64,000 nucleotides of DNA from Octopus vulgaris (taxonomy: Eukaryota): assembly GCA_951406725.2 (NCBI GenBank), contig OX597832.1, forward strand, positions 16,740,001 to 16,804,000, written 5' to 3'. The notes below the pieces were generated by a model. That model did not search any database. It was given only the letters and a program-made list of their open reading frames with translations, and had not been told where the DNA came from. The position numbers and the translations under genes were made by a program. Shown here piece by piece: positions 16,697 to 31,049 of this stretch. Every line of letters begins with the position of its first letter. Position 1 is the stretch's first letter.

Positions 16697-16980
16697 AAAG
16701 TCAAGTTGTGTGTCTGTCTCCTACGATTTAGATTCCTAACTACCCCCACATTTTGCGGTGCAGTTTAACCACAACCGGGTATCTTATAGTCGTGATTCAT
16801 ATCGAGCCCTTCTGCGTATTAGCGCGCGTCTATGATGAGTCAACGATTTTTAAAAACAATTACCATCATTTTTGTTCCATTTTTAATGCATTTTTTGCTA
16901 TTTTGGGGCTGTAACTCTCTAAAAATGCTTATATAGTTATTTCCCTTACAAACCCGAGAAACGCCGGGCGATACTGCTAG
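16683..16980 (+). mobile_element. Non-autonomous Helitron
   Basis: 5' end resembles TCTATATATATAAAAG (here ttta...). 3' end has hairpin CCCG...CGGG (16953-16968), then CTAG followed by T, all within (TA)n. Confidence 0.75.
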
Positions 16981-17822
16981 TATATATATATATATATATA
17001 TAATTACCCTGTGGAACAGATCAGATTTCTTTACAAAACGTATCTATGTGCAAGAAATAACATCCATTACTAAAATTACTGAACTGATGTTAACCGTAAA
17101 GTAATACATTATATATTGTAGTTCTCGATACACTAAAACAAATAAAATAACGCCGTTCTCAAGACTGAAGTTTATTACAGCTTAGGAGCTTACGAATAAC
17201 TTAAACTTGCTTTTAAGAAACAACTTATAAACTTAGAATTTGTAATGTATTCTCCTGTGCTTTCTTAAAATTCTTCACATAAAAAGAATCGCAAATTAAA
17301 ATAAAATAAGTATACAATGTGAGTTAAGAACAAATAGCGGAAAGAAATAAATGTTTTATTTGTATGCATTTGATGTATTTTAGTTGTTGTTTTTTAAGGG
17401 ATGTATGACCGAGTGGTTAAGACGTTTGATTCGAAAATGTTATGTCTCTAGTTCGATATTTTTCGTGTTATCTTGGCGTGATATTTCTTCTACAGATTTG
17501 GGCTGATTCATTGCAACTCAGTGAAATCCGGATCCTGAGACCAATATTGAACACCAACTACAAGTACATTCATAACAAACTGGGTAACATACAGTACATT
17601 AAAATGTCACCACCTTCAGCGTTACGATACGTATTAATGGAACTAATGCCAAATTTATAGACAGTAAGGAACTTTATTATTATTCTGCAAACGTGTGTTG
17701 AAGACAAGGGACATTTCTGCTTTTATTTAACGCAGGATTTGGCCAGTATCACCAAACATACAGGTGCACAATTTGGAAAAAAGAGCAAAACGCACACAGA
17801 CAATTGCATAAACACAAACATG

Positions 17823-17868
<46 letters not shown>

Positions 17869-17894
17869 ACGAACAGGTTTATAAACAAAGACGA

Positions 17895-17940
<46 letters not shown>

Positions 17941-17942
<2 letters not shown>

Positions 17943-18353
17943 TCTTTTATTCTCTTACTTGTTTCAGTCATTTGACTGCGGCCATGCTGGAGCACCGCCT
18001 TTATTCGAGCAAATCGACCCCGGGACTTATTCTTTGTAAGCTCAGTACTTATTCTATCGGTCTCTTTTGCGGAACCGCTAAGTGGCGGGACGAAAACACA
18101 CCAGCATCTGTTGTCAAGCAATGCTAGGCGGGACAAACACAGGCACACAGACATATACACACACACGTATATATATATATACATATATACGACATGCTTC
18201 TTTCAGTTTCCGTCTACCAAATCTACTCACAAGGCATTGGTCGGCCCGGGGCTATAGCAGAAGACACTTGCCCAAGATGCCACGCAGTGGGACTGAACCC
18301 GGAACCATGTGGCTGGTTAGCCAGCTACTTACCACACAGCCACTCCTGCGCCT
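17941..18353 (-). mobile_element. SINE family A, full length
   Basis: Reverse-complement homologue of 35516-35970, with B box GGTTCAGTCCC. Confidence 0.9.
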
Positions 18354-18437
18354 ATATATATACATTTCGTTTTTGTTTTTGGTGAGTGTATTAAATAATA
18401 AGGCACTAAAAGTGAATGACTCTCCCCAGACACAACA

Positions 18438-18476
<39 letters not shown>

Positions 18477-18939
18477 TATATACATATATAGACAGACAAA
18501 TATATACATGTATGCATACATACACACACATATGTGTAGTGTTTATTCACTCCAAATATCCTTTCTTACAAAATACTTTATAGGATAACAACTCGTTTCG
18601 ATATCTACTTCCTCTAAACGATTTTCTAATTCTAAACCATTGCAATCACACAATTTACAAACGAATAAACCATTTCTGCTGCAATGCACATACCAAACTA
18701 AAATGAGATATAACGGTATCGTCTCAAGTAGATAAATTGTTTAAGATATACAGAGCTATCTTAATTGTCATTGCCACAATGTGTAGTAAAACATCGTACT
18801 GGATTCATAACAACAGATTGGTATCTTTTTAAATGTATGTATATAAAGTAGATACATTAGTTTGCACACACACACACACTCACACGCACACAAACTCACA
18901 CACATACACACATACACACAATGAGGAAGGCTGTATTGA

Positions 18940-19150
18940 AAAAGATGCAGAATTTGGCATATGGTAGTTTAACTCTTTCGTAATATTTATATGCTGCTCA
19001 CATGCAATGTATTTGCACTGTAGTATATAAAGCAAGACATGACAGCGGCCAGTATTTACACTGGGCAGTATGTCGACATAATAAAATCAAAACCGCTGAC
19101 AAATGGTATAAACACCATCCTGGAGCTGTGACTGAGTGAGAAAGTATATC
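18940..19150 (+). mobile_element. R4/Dong-like LINE fragment (RHD region downstream of the zinc knuckle)
   Basis: Translates YKARHDSGQYLHWAVCRHNKIKTADKWYKHHPGAVTE. Confidence 0.7.
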
Positions 19151-20087
19151 TGACAAGCAATGCATTTACACTATTGTGAACCCAGCTAACGAAGTTTAAG
19201 TGTACATAGTTGAAACCAATTTATTCCTGCCATTTCTACTTCGTATGTGCCATATTAGATAACCATCTTTCAGAAATTTAGGAACATTGCGCCCTGACCT
19301 CATAATAAATAGTTGCCGTGGCATTCTATGCCGTTTCTTTGTTCTTAGGCTTTGTAGTAAAACGTGTGAAACTACTGCAGGGACAAATATTTAGGTCACG
19401 GTATGGTAAATACGATTACATTACTTAGCGAGTCAACAGATCGAAGAAGCATATTCTCAGATTTACCATATGCTTCAAGTAGACAAGACTCTACTTTCGT
19501 TCAAGCTGGATGTCAAGAACTATGGGAACGATTTTCATATAATTTCCAATACCCAGGCAATCTCAAATTATTCCGTAAACCCAGAGTCTAAATCTATTAC
19601 AATCTCCCAATATGAGACGCCTTCGTGCAGCTTAAGGAGTTCAGTCATTCGATGGCCCTTAACGTCATAAATTGCATTTGACGGTATACATCTATGTTGT
19701 ATTTCTTCAATGAGAGTTACTACTCCTATAATATTCACCATTCATCTCTGCTTATCATCATTCTGATGGAGTCATCTTTCTTAAATAGATTGCACCCTCA
19801 AGTGGATAATTCGTATCATGTAAGCCTCTTCCGTTATAGCTTTCATAAAGTCATATTGCTTCGAGTTGAAGCACACTATTTCTTTAAAGCGAAGAAGTGG
19901 ACGTATAAATTGTCTCTGAACAAATGGAATTTTGGTGTGTCGGTGAATTACAAAACTTTTTTATCCCTTTGCAGCACACGAGGGACATCGTGTCAGCGTA
20001 TACACACACATTCATGCGTGTATACTAACATACACAAACACACACACACACGCACACAAACGCACGCACACACACACGCACACACAC

Positions 20088-20198
<111 letters not shown>

Positions 20199-20386
20199 TT
20201 TCAGCAAAATTTAGATTCAGATGAACATGGTACTTAAGTTAAAGGCACCAGAATTTTGTATGGCATTTTCCATATAAATCAAATGGGATGATTATAATCA
20301 AAATAAGCAAAATAGCCAGCAAGTATATCCAAATGGGATAGATAGACAGAAAGACATACAGACAAATACAGACAGACAGAGAGTTT

Positions 20387-20447
<61 letters not shown>

Positions 20448-20468
20448 GATAGATAGATATATATATAT

Positions 20469-20547
<79 letters not shown>

Positions 20548-20550
20548 TAT

Positions 20551-20589
<39 letters not shown>

Positions 20590-20611
20590 TAGATAGATAG
20601 ATAGATAGATT

Positions 20612-20681
<70 letters not shown>

Positions 20682-20849
20682 GAGATAGAGAGAGAGATAG
20701 ATAGATAGATAGATAAAATAGGCAGATAAAAAGAAAGAGAATTATAGACAAATAGATAACTACATACACATAAGATCTTTTAGGAGCTAAGGATCAAACT
20801 AAATATATCTTTGCATTGACTCTAATAGAGTTTAATTGATAGTGATATT

Positions 20850-21246
20850 CTTTTCTACTGTATGAACAAGGCCCGGAATTTAGTGGGGTGAGGGCCAGTT
20901 GTTGAGATCGATTCAGTACGCAACTGGTACTTAATTCACCGACGCCGAAAGGATAAAAGGTAAAGTCGACCCCCGTCGAAGTTGAACTCAGAATGTAAAG
21001 ACAGAGGAAATACCTATTTCTTTACTTCCCACAAGGCGCTAAACACAGAGAGGACAAACACGAACAGACATAGGTATTAAGTCGATTATATCGACTCCAG
21101 TGCGTAACTGGTACTTAATTTATCGACCCCGAAAGGTTGGAAGGCAAAGTCGACCTCGGCGGAATTTGAACTCAGAACGTAGCTGCAGACGAAATACCGC
21201 TATGCATTTCGCCCGGCTTGCTAACGTATATGCCTGCTCGTTGCCT
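20850..21246 (-). mobile_element. SINE family C dimer
   Basis: Two core units joined at gaaatacctatttc (21007-21020), with a single tRNA head at the right end. Confidence 0.85.
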
Positions 21247-21869
21247 TTACTGAGGTAAATATATTGATAGTGGCGATATACCCTTCATGCTCTTGTATCA
21301 ATGGAATTCTATTTTTAATAAAGCGCAATCGTAAATCTAAAGTAACATATATATATATATGCATATACAGACACAGATTAAAGTAATATAATCATTTCCT
21401 TCTCAGATGATAAAAGCCTTCATATAGAATGAATTCTGTGAAAATGTGTAATCATATTAGCAATATTTCAGTGTTAGACAGGATATTTTAATATAATCTT
21501 CTTTTGTCTTAATAACTTCGATTTCCGCAACGGTGATAACTTAGGATAATTCCATGATCGGTTTTAATGTAAAGCGACTTCTTTTTTTAAAAATTACATC
21601 ATATTTTGTTGTGCATGCAAGTTTTAAAGATGTATGGTTACAAGGAAATATTTTCACAAAAGAAAGCAGGAAATCACTGAATATTAAGTGTAACGGATGA
21701 AAAGTTTAAACTACCATGTCGTAACCATTTTGCTTCCATAGTTTTTTTTTAAATACTCTGTGCACAAGAGAGGTACTTGGGTGCATCATGCAGGATCTGA
21801 AATGCAGAAAACTATTATCCGTATATGCGTACGGTATTCACAAAATGGCATGCGGACATCAATTACTCT

Positions 21870-22076
21870 GCTTTTATATTTTCTAGAGACTCTTCGAAGC
21901 TTCTTTCGTTCTTACACTTGGATGGGAAGAAATAGTACGCGAATACCGGATGTAAAGTAATATGTTTTCTCATTATTAAAGATATAAAAACATCACAACA
22001 CTATCACAAAAAAAACACCTACTGCTCAGAGATTCCCGCCCCCTTTCGTCGCATACTTTAGATTGAGATTCTGAAT
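21870..22076 (-). repeat. ~200-bp repeat, inverted copy of 26355-26562
   Basis: Reverse complement matches 'ctctgagcagta...aaaacatattactttac.tccggtattcgcgtactatttcttcccatcc...agaagcttcgaagagtct'. Confidence 0.8.
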
Positions 22077-22424
22077 CTAAGCTGTGCCATATTGGGAACA
22101 CTCTGAGCGAGCATGGGACAGGAATGGGAGCTTAAAATTAACCTGGCAAGTAGTAAGATAGGAGCTAAGTAAATAGCAGTATATACCTATGCTATCCGGC
22201 AGCTTCAGGGTAGGCCTGCTGAATTGCTCGCGTCTGGCTTGTTCTAGATCTTCAGGTATGAACTCGTACAAAATGAACGGTTATGTCAATCTCAACCAGA
22301 AATGGGACAAGCTAAATATTTATCCAAGAGAATTCCTACGTGACGTCCAAAATATATCACTACTCTAACATCATACCGTGCTGTATTTCATATCTGACCG
22401 AACTGGTGTATCTGTTAAACTCTT

Positions 22425-23025
22425 CTTATTTCTTTATTGCCCACAAGGGGCTAAACATAGAGGGGACAAACAAGGACAGAGAAACGGATTAAGTCGATTA
22501 CATCGACCCACTGCCTAACTGATACTTAATTTATTGACCACGAAGGGATGGACGGCAAAGTCGACCTCGGCGGAATTTGAACTCAGAACGTAACGGTAGA
22601 CGAAATACCTATTTCTTTACTACCCACAAGGGGCTAAACATAGAGGGGACAAACAAGGACAGAGAAACGGATTAAGTCGATTACATCGACCCACTGCCTA
22701 ACTGGTACTTAATTTATTGACCACGAAGGGATGGAAGGCAAAGTCGACCTCGGCGGAATTTGAACTCAGAACGTAACGGTAGACGAAATACCTATTTCTT
22801 TACTACCCACAAGGGGCTAAACACAGAGAAGACAAGCAAGGACAGACAAACGGATTAAGTCGATTATATCGATCCCAGTGCGTACCTGGTACTCATTTAC
22901 TCGACCCCGAAAGAATGAAAGGCAAAGTCCATCTCGGCGGAATTTGAACTCAGAACGTAACGGCAGACGAAATACAGCTAAGCATTTCGCCCGGCGTGCT
23001 AACGATTCTGCCAGCTCGACGCCTT
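22425..23025 (-). mobile_element. SINE family C trimer (one head plus three 183-bp units) with 18-bp TSD
   Basis: Units start at 22427, 22610 and 22793. Flanks are TGTATCTGTTAAACTCTT (22407-22424) and TGTATCTGTTAACCTCTT (23026-23043). Confidence 0.9.
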
Positions 23026-23599
23026 TGTATCTGTTAACCTCTTGTTGTGGAATTGTAACCTTCCGCTCGTTACACGGTCGTCTTGCTGCCAACACGCAGG
23101 AAGGGTACATGAATGCACCAGTTCATTGACTCTGAACATATGAGGTCACTGTTTTTCATGCACGAATTTTCTCAGCTATTCCTCTGCTTTTTGGGAGTTT
23201 ATTTTATGGAAGAGAAGTCATGATTAGTTCCTGCCCTAAACCTGTTACTGTTTCATTTCTTTTCTCTTTTTTTATTTGTTAAATTCGTTAAAAGAAAATC
23301 CCAAATATAGACGTGTTTTGAATGTATTGTAAATCTAATAAAGGTGTCTTAAATTTATTGCTCTACATGTAATTTTGTTTATTTATTTATAATCTTTAAC
23401 GATTAGATTCCGTAAATTTTCCATGCTGTCTTTAGCTAAAAATTGGAAAGCGGCATGGGACGATACAAACGATGTATACAATTGTAGAAAATATGAGGGA
23501 AATGTGATTCAACATTTATATAAAAGAACGGTATGGAGTGGTGCCACTTGTACTTTCTTTAATCGCTTATCTATTCGAATAGAGCAGGCTAGGAGCGGA

Positions 23600-24400
23600 G
23601 TTGTAACAACAGCAATAAGAGCAACGCTTTAAATTATTTTTTGCGCCTTTATCATTTCCCGAACAGCATTGGGAGTTTACGATGTTGGTATTGCAGCTAC
23701 TGTTCCACATGCTTTTGTAGTCATCCTGTAAATCCATGGGTATAGAAAGTATAAACTTGATCACTTATTCTAGCTTCCTTGCTATCCCTTTGTTTTAATT
23801 CCAGTTTGGGTCATTTAACTGCTTATATAGGTGTAAATAGTGAACACACATCCTCCATATTTACATAGCTAAAATAAAATACAATTTTATCCTAATACTT
23901 AACAAAAATTTCAAAATTATTTCATAAGTGACGATATTAGTGCTTTCCCTATTTTTCATACTGATTCTCTCGTTGAACAGTTAGGTATTAGATTTTATAG
24001 TAACACTGATGTGACAACAAGCCAATCTGTTTCCATTATATTACCGGGGTACTCTAAAGCATAATGTAGATGGAGCGAGAGAGTACAATATGTGTTATAT
24101 TCGGCAAAGAATCTGCCAGTTTCTCTCACCTGTGAAATAATACAACTATTTATTTTATGTAATCTGGAAGGACTACATTCATCGTCAAACACAGGGCAAC
24201 AAAAAAAACCCAAATACCTAAATCAGATTTCCTAGGCACTGTACCGATTCTCGTTCCCATCAACAACTTCACCGTCAGGATACGCCAAATTTTATACAAG
24301 AAGTTTTCCGAGAATTCAATATCGCTACTTAGTTGGTAATATACATAGCTTAGATTTCTGGGGATCATAAATGATTACATTTGAATTTTCGCAAGAATTT
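23600..24400 (-). mobile_element. Highly decayed Penelope-like RT remnant
   Basis: Minus-strand peptides LLMGTRIG (compare GTAMGT), FDDEC (compare YLDDC) and SIPM occur in the expected order. Confidence 0.45.
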
Positions 24401-26212
24401 TTATTATGCGCATAATATAATTATCTCCAGAAAATAACACATTAAGTATAAATACATGAGATATTATTACGATTTTTTTTCCCATTTAGACATTCATCAA
24501 ATATGAAATTGGTTTTCTTTCGTTTCAAATCTTCGCATTTCTTTTATCTCTAGTCTTCGAGTAGAAGTTAATTGACTTCTCACTGACTTTTACATTCTTG
24601 TGCTGCACTGATAATTTTGCAATATTCTCCTATCTTTTTAGGAATCAATCTAAACGCATAATCCTAACCAAATATGATTGGAAGATCTAATAGAGTGTAT
24701 GATTCACAGTAAAACTAATGCGTTACACTTTATATAGCAAGATATAATTAAATATGTATTACATAATTTACGCTGTCTACGTTTCAGACTTCTCCGATTC
24801 GAGATCAAATACTGTAGTGGTCAAGTTTGTAATTCTTCGTTTAGAGGTCGATAAAATATACACCGCTACAGAGTATTGAATTGCTGAAATTCTAAAGGCA
24901 TTAAATGATTCATTTCATGCTATGTGCTCTATCATTTCGCCTTCTGGCGGGAAAACTGGCCATAGTGGTGATGTTTAGCATAATTTTAGTATATTTTTTT
25001 AACTTTTGATATTTTCTATTTAATATTAAGTTGAAGATTGGCAGAATTATAAATTAAGCTGTACGTTTCCACACTATTCACCAGGTGTTTCTGTAGACGA
25101 GCAATGAAGATAATAATCTCACAAGTGGCAGAAAAGGGAGAAGTCGTATAAAGAAAGTTCAATATAGAGTTGATATTTGACAGCTAGTAAAATCAAGAGA
25201 CAATAGGCGCGTTTTTCGCTAGGATAGTGCCACAAAATAAATTTCCTCACACCTCAAGCAATCCAATACCCTACATCAAATAATATTGGGATACAAAATA
25301 AAGGAGTAAATTATATACATTAGTTAAGAAATAATTGACTGATTATTTGCTCAAGTGATGAATAAAGTAGAGTTGGGAGGATTACGGAGTAAGAATGATA
25401 TCTTTAATATTAGTTCAGTCAAAGTAAGTTAGTTGTGGGAATTTTTTTGTCTGGTCTCTACAACATTACGTAACTCAATATATTTGTTAGAAATCATTAA
25501 AATATAGTGAAATTGCGTTAGAGGTCTGAATATTAGCTGCATTACTAATTACATTCTGTCATCAATTTACAGAATTTTTGTATGCACCAATTTAAGTAAT
25601 GCTTATATGTACAAGCCAACATATAAATTGCGCAACGTCTTCTAACATGATCGAAACGATCGTAAGTTTTGCAATACTATAAAACTCATTCCACCTCTTT
25701 TCTATTAAACACTGCGATAAATGTATCAAACGACGATTGGTGAATTTCAGCTGATTTATAGGAAACACCTTGTAGACATGAAGTAATATTTTTCTCCATT
25801 CATATTGTATTAGGCAGGTTCGTTCACATGGAGATTTGATTGCTGTGTTCGCCTAGATTTACTTGTTTCCTACTGTATGTATGTATGTACATAAATACAT
25901 ACATATATATGAATTCAGGTAGATTCGTTTCTAGACATGTATATAAGCATGGAAGTTTAGATATTCGCATACGTTTATGTGTGTACAGCATGCAAATGTA
26001 ACGACTGAACCGAATATCTGTTACTGCTCAAACAATATGCCTCCTTCATATTATTGGTATTCTTTGAATTATGTTCTCCACTTCGATATGCTTTGAAAGT
26101 ATACCTCATTATATCATTATATCTTAACTCTTAATGAATTTACTGCCGTTTCTGCTGTTTGTCGTTATACATACACACACACATACACACACACACACAC
26201 ATATATATATAC

Positions 26213-26269
<57 letters not shown>

Positions 26270-26354
26270 AATATATATATATATACTTCACTATTATCAA
26301 AGCTACAAAAACATCTCAAATATATCACCAAAAAATCTGCAAGCACAGTTTATA

Positions 26355-26562
26355 TTCCCGATCTCAATTTAAACTGTACGATTGAAGGAGGCGTGAAACT
26401 CTGAGCAGTACCTGTTTATGTGATAATTTTATGATGTTTCTTGCACCTTTAATAATGATAAAACATATTACTTTACCTCCGGTATTCGCGTACTATTTCT
26501 TCCCATCCCAAGAGTAAGAAGGATAGAAGCTTCGAAGAGTCTAAAGAAATTATAAAAGCAAC
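26355..26562 (+). repeat. ~200-bp repeat, inverted partner of 21870-22076
   Basis: Alignment by eye. Confidence 0.8.
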
Positions 26563-27666
26563 TATCAGAAACAATATCGGTTTATTGGCGCAGAAGTTTG
26601 TAAATTATTCCCATATCGAAATTCGATTATCTGGCAAAAGTGGCTTTAAAGTTCTCGGTTAGCAACAAGTGTTGCTATGTATGCAAATATATGTTTTACT
26701 TTTTGTTCTCCCATTCCGGGCTTTCCACTCATTTTCGATCAAATCTCCTGTATGTTAAAATGCGATCCATTGATGACAAAGTAACCTTCATAGAACTGAG
26801 GTATCTTCGGCCTGATGAGTAGATAGTGGAGTACCCTCGTTCAGTAATTACTACTTCTCAGATTCTTCTAATCAGAATGCACGTTAAGTCTGGATTTTAC
26901 CCTCTCCATTCCTTAAATTTAGATTATAATATAATTACAGCAAGATCACGAATGAGTAGAACCATATACTAGAATTAGACGCCAGATGGCTATAAGAACT
27001 ACACTATTTACCCAAAAAGCACGGGCTGAAAAGCAAGAGAGTGAACAAAGAAGTTTTTTTAAAAAGGGTTTAAACCATAGATCGATTTTTAGTTTGAAGG
27101 TGTGAAGCTCTTTATCGTCATCAGTATAGTATAACACGTTGTACATAATTATAGATATTTGTAAATACTCATACGAATAACATGTGTCCACAGGCGTATA
27201 TCAAAATGTTTACACTTATATACAAGCTAAATCTATCTGATTCACCACGTGCGTATATGACACAAAATAATTCCGGAGTGAATATATGTGCTGGAGTAAT
27301 TTATGTTTATAATCAAGGATAAAATTTTAATCAGATTTTATCAAGTAGCACGCAGGTCATAAATCCTTATTGGCAACAATTAATACAAAATATACAATTA
27401 TATAAAATTAATTATAATGAGGGCAGTAATGAGTAGCGCCATATGCTAGAAATAGACAACAAATGGGTTTAAGAACTACACAGTTTACACCATATGCACT
27501 ATTTCATCCCAATGCTTAAGGGGTAAATAGTACTTATGGGGTAAATCCTATGGGGTAAATCCTATGGGTAAAGCGAAAAGAGGATTTTTAAAGAGGATAT
27601 CCAATAAAGAAATGTAAATATTTTTACTGTCATCAGTATGTATATTATATATATATATATGTGTTA

Positions 27667-27744
<78 letters not shown>

Positions 27745-27749
<5 letters not shown>

Positions 27750-27942
27750 GTAAATCCAGAAAGAACACACTCAAAAAGACAGCAACGCGTGTGCACGTGG
27801 AACATGTAATGAATTAGCAGACGCACAGAAAAGTAAAGAGAGTTGGTTTAACATTTCGAGCATACACTCTTCTTTGAAAACAGAGAATACTCTTATAGAA
27901 AGGAAAACGGAGGAAGAAAATCGCCAACGATTCACATGAGGT
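27745..27942 (-). mobile_element. Decayed copy of the HHR-bearing pseudo-LTR (pLTR)-like element at 57465-57672
   Basis: Shares 'acgtggaaca', 'ggtttaac.tttcgagc....ctcttc' and 'acggagga...tcgccaa'. HHR core is mutated. Flanked by (TA)n. Confidence 0.65.
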
Positions 27943-27968
27943 TATATATATATATATGTGTGTATATA

Positions 27969-28035
<67 letters not shown>

Positions 28036-28599
28036 ATATATATATGTATACACACACGAACATACATATATACACACACTTTTATTTCTTTGAAAGGCTT
28101 TCTATTTATCTACCTCGCCCTCCCTTTCTCTTTTGTTATGCATTTCATGCCAATTTTCAATCATCGTATCTAACACATTCCTCCTAAACTTCACCCCCCA
28201 CATATTCTGGGGATTATTGCTATTGACCTTTTTATCTCCTATTATTATATATTAATTCCACTTGCATTTCTCTTCTTCCTACTCTATCTTCCTTTATGTA
28301 ATTATCCGGTAGGAATTAATTAGTTCCAGCAGAATACCTGACTTAGGCAGACTTGCTGTTACGAATGCTGATCTCAGCTATAAGATCACGAATATTAAGT
28401 GATTTCATTTCTGTTAATTATAACCCAATGTTTTACCATATGAGCTCAAATTGTATTCATTTACAAGCAATATGCTAAACATGATATTTCTGTGATAGTT
28501 GTAATGAAAATAATAGTTAGACTGAAACAGCATACTTATTTTTTTTCTGGTAGATATTTAATATATACAGAAAAAATGTAGTTGACCATACCTTCAGAT

Positions 28600-29365
28600 C
28601 CTCATGAAACATAGTGTTAAAAATGAAATCTTCAGTAATGTTAAAACCAATATGATTCCTAGAACCTCTTTTTACCTTCTAAATGAATTACCTCTATATA
28701 TAAACAAAGAATTTAAGGAACCATTTCCGTAAGCATTTTTCGAGGCGACCCGAGGACCTGAAGACGATTACGTCTCTTAATGAAACGAACCTGGATACAG
28801 GAAGCATTGCCCAGACGAAATACAGTTAAAAACAAATAGAGTTTTTCGCAATGAGCCGTCCTACTCAAGAAATTATATGAATGTAACACATTTCAGTTCT
28901 ATAATTCAATGCAGTCCATCAAATATGCGTGGAGATACGCCCTCAAAGGAGACGAATATATCTTGTTTAACAAGCGATGATAAATATCCATTTGTAGCAC
29001 AATGACAATATCCAGTTCTAAAAAAAAGGCTCCAATAGCAATGAGTTCCTCCGGATATATTTCGTCTACGATAGTCACCAAAACGCATACCATTCACTGA
29101 CGCATGCCCTACTGGCAAAATGACACGTGGATTCACTTAACGTCTACAATGATGCAATGCAAGTCGAAATGCTAAGAGACGTGAATCTCACAACCTTTTT
29201 CAAACTGTTTTAGAATAATCACATTGCAAATATGCCTATAGCAGCATGTTTTGTCTTAGGATAAATGATATAACAAGTGGTCGGTATAAAAGATGCAAGA
29301 CAATTCTGTTAAATTCTATTCCGCCATATGTTTTGAAAGATGCACACAAACATATACACACGCGC

Positions 29366-29422
<57 letters not shown>

Positions 29423-29480
29423 TAGATAGATAGATATATAGATGATATATATATAGATAGATATATATATAGATATAGAT

Positions 29481-29538
<58 letters not shown>

Positions 29539-29609
29539 GTATACATACATATATACATACATATATATACATGTAAACGTAGGTAGATAGATATGTGTGT
29601 GTTTGTGAC

Positions 29610-29644
<35 letters not shown>

Positions 29645-29830
29645 CACATCGTTAAATTATAAGGCACAAAAAGAAAATGCCTCTCCCCAGGCACAACAAA
29701 ATATGCTTCAACATACGAACTCATATAAAGAATATTGCAAAGCAAATCCGAAAACGAAATATGTAGTGGAAGATACTCTAAAATAACTTGTTGGGTAAAG
29801 CTACAACTATTTTGATCATACGTGTACACT
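28600..29830 (+). mobile_element. Decayed Helitron RepHel fragment
   Basis: Peptides FP*AFFEATRGPEDDY, FYNSMQSIKYAWRYALKGD (compare NSVKSIKYICKYVNKG), YISST and LTTFFKLF*NNHIA occur in the order expected for RepHel. Interrupted by microsatellites. Confidence 0.6.
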
Positions 29831-31049
29831 ATGAAGGTCGAGCAGCGGTCAAATCACCAAGTATAATTTCCCAGAACCCTGAATGTTACTTCAAGTTACT
29901 GTGGCTTCATTCATTATATTTGCGACTGTTTATAGTATTACGCTAATAGCATGGTGTATATTATCAATGGTTGGCATGCGTGCAGTAGAGAGAATTTCAT
30001 TCGACTTTGACAAAGTATAAATAAATGCAAAAACATCATTAAAGGCAGTCATTTTCTGTAGAAAACCAAAGGGAAGGCAGAATAATTATTCATTTAGTTT
30101 GGAACTAAAATAAAAAAAATGCAAACAAAAATAATTATTGTGTATTTATAGAATTGAATTTCTTTCAAATACAGTAAATGAAGTGGCACCTTTGCATAAA
30201 TAAACGCATTAGTGCCACTTCTAATATTACTGAGTTTAATTCATGCATTTCATTTTATGGAAACAGAATATCGTTTGCCGTTAATGATCCTTCATTTACA
30301 TAACGAGTGAGAAATATTTGCTTCAAAGAATATGGCATTGGCAAAGGTATGCGATATTTCCTTACAGAAAATATATATATAACAGTTTTAAGTTTTCATT
30401 ATATATATTTTTTGGATTTAAAAAATACCAAAACAAATTTTTAAATAAATTTTGTCTTTCAATGATAAATATTGAAAATAATTTAACTGATTTTCGGCAT
30501 AAAATATTTCACATAAATCAATGATTAGGCAAAGAAATTTACAAATGACTGCTACTCGAATTTACTGTTAAACATTTTACACTTCGTTCACAAATAATTC
30601 AGAAGAATGTTACTGTTTACGAAGGAACTAATTAAAGAAGGTGATTAAAACCACGGTGCTAATTACACCTACGAATAACAATACAGAATACATTAACTAT
30701 CTCGATAACTTTTTTAGCTTTTCTCCTTTGATTCTCCATTTTATGTGTTTACTTTTTATCTGATGTGTATTAATAAATGTTTTATAATAAACATTTTATA
30801 ATTTTATATGTTTTTAACGGAAAATTTAAAACGAATAAAATTAATTAGATTTAAAATTAATAATCCTTAATTCTGTATAGCTTCAAATAAATATCGATTT
30901 ATTACGCCGACATAATGGCTCTAATACAAAACAAGTTAAAAATAAAATTGTTTAACATTTATAACTTTGTGAAGTGAATTAGTATCTCTCCTAAAATTCT
31001 TCTCGAAACTATATTCTTTGACTATTAAGGAAAATACAGATAAAACTGG

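Noticed and set aside
22427-22975. Regular repeats as a possible CRISPR array
   Set aside because: The 183-bp units have no unique spacers, derive from a SINE and sit in eukaryotic context.
26812-26860. CTGATGA followed by a GTAG/CTAC stem
   Set aside because: No GAAA follows the stem.
27080-27640. Two minus-strand CTGATGA motifs with stem II-like pairing (near 27119 and 27630)
   Set aside because: GAAA, stem III and stem I are absent.
28758-28800. CTGAAGA...GAAAC
   Set aside because: No stem II, and it lies within Helitron coding-like sequence.
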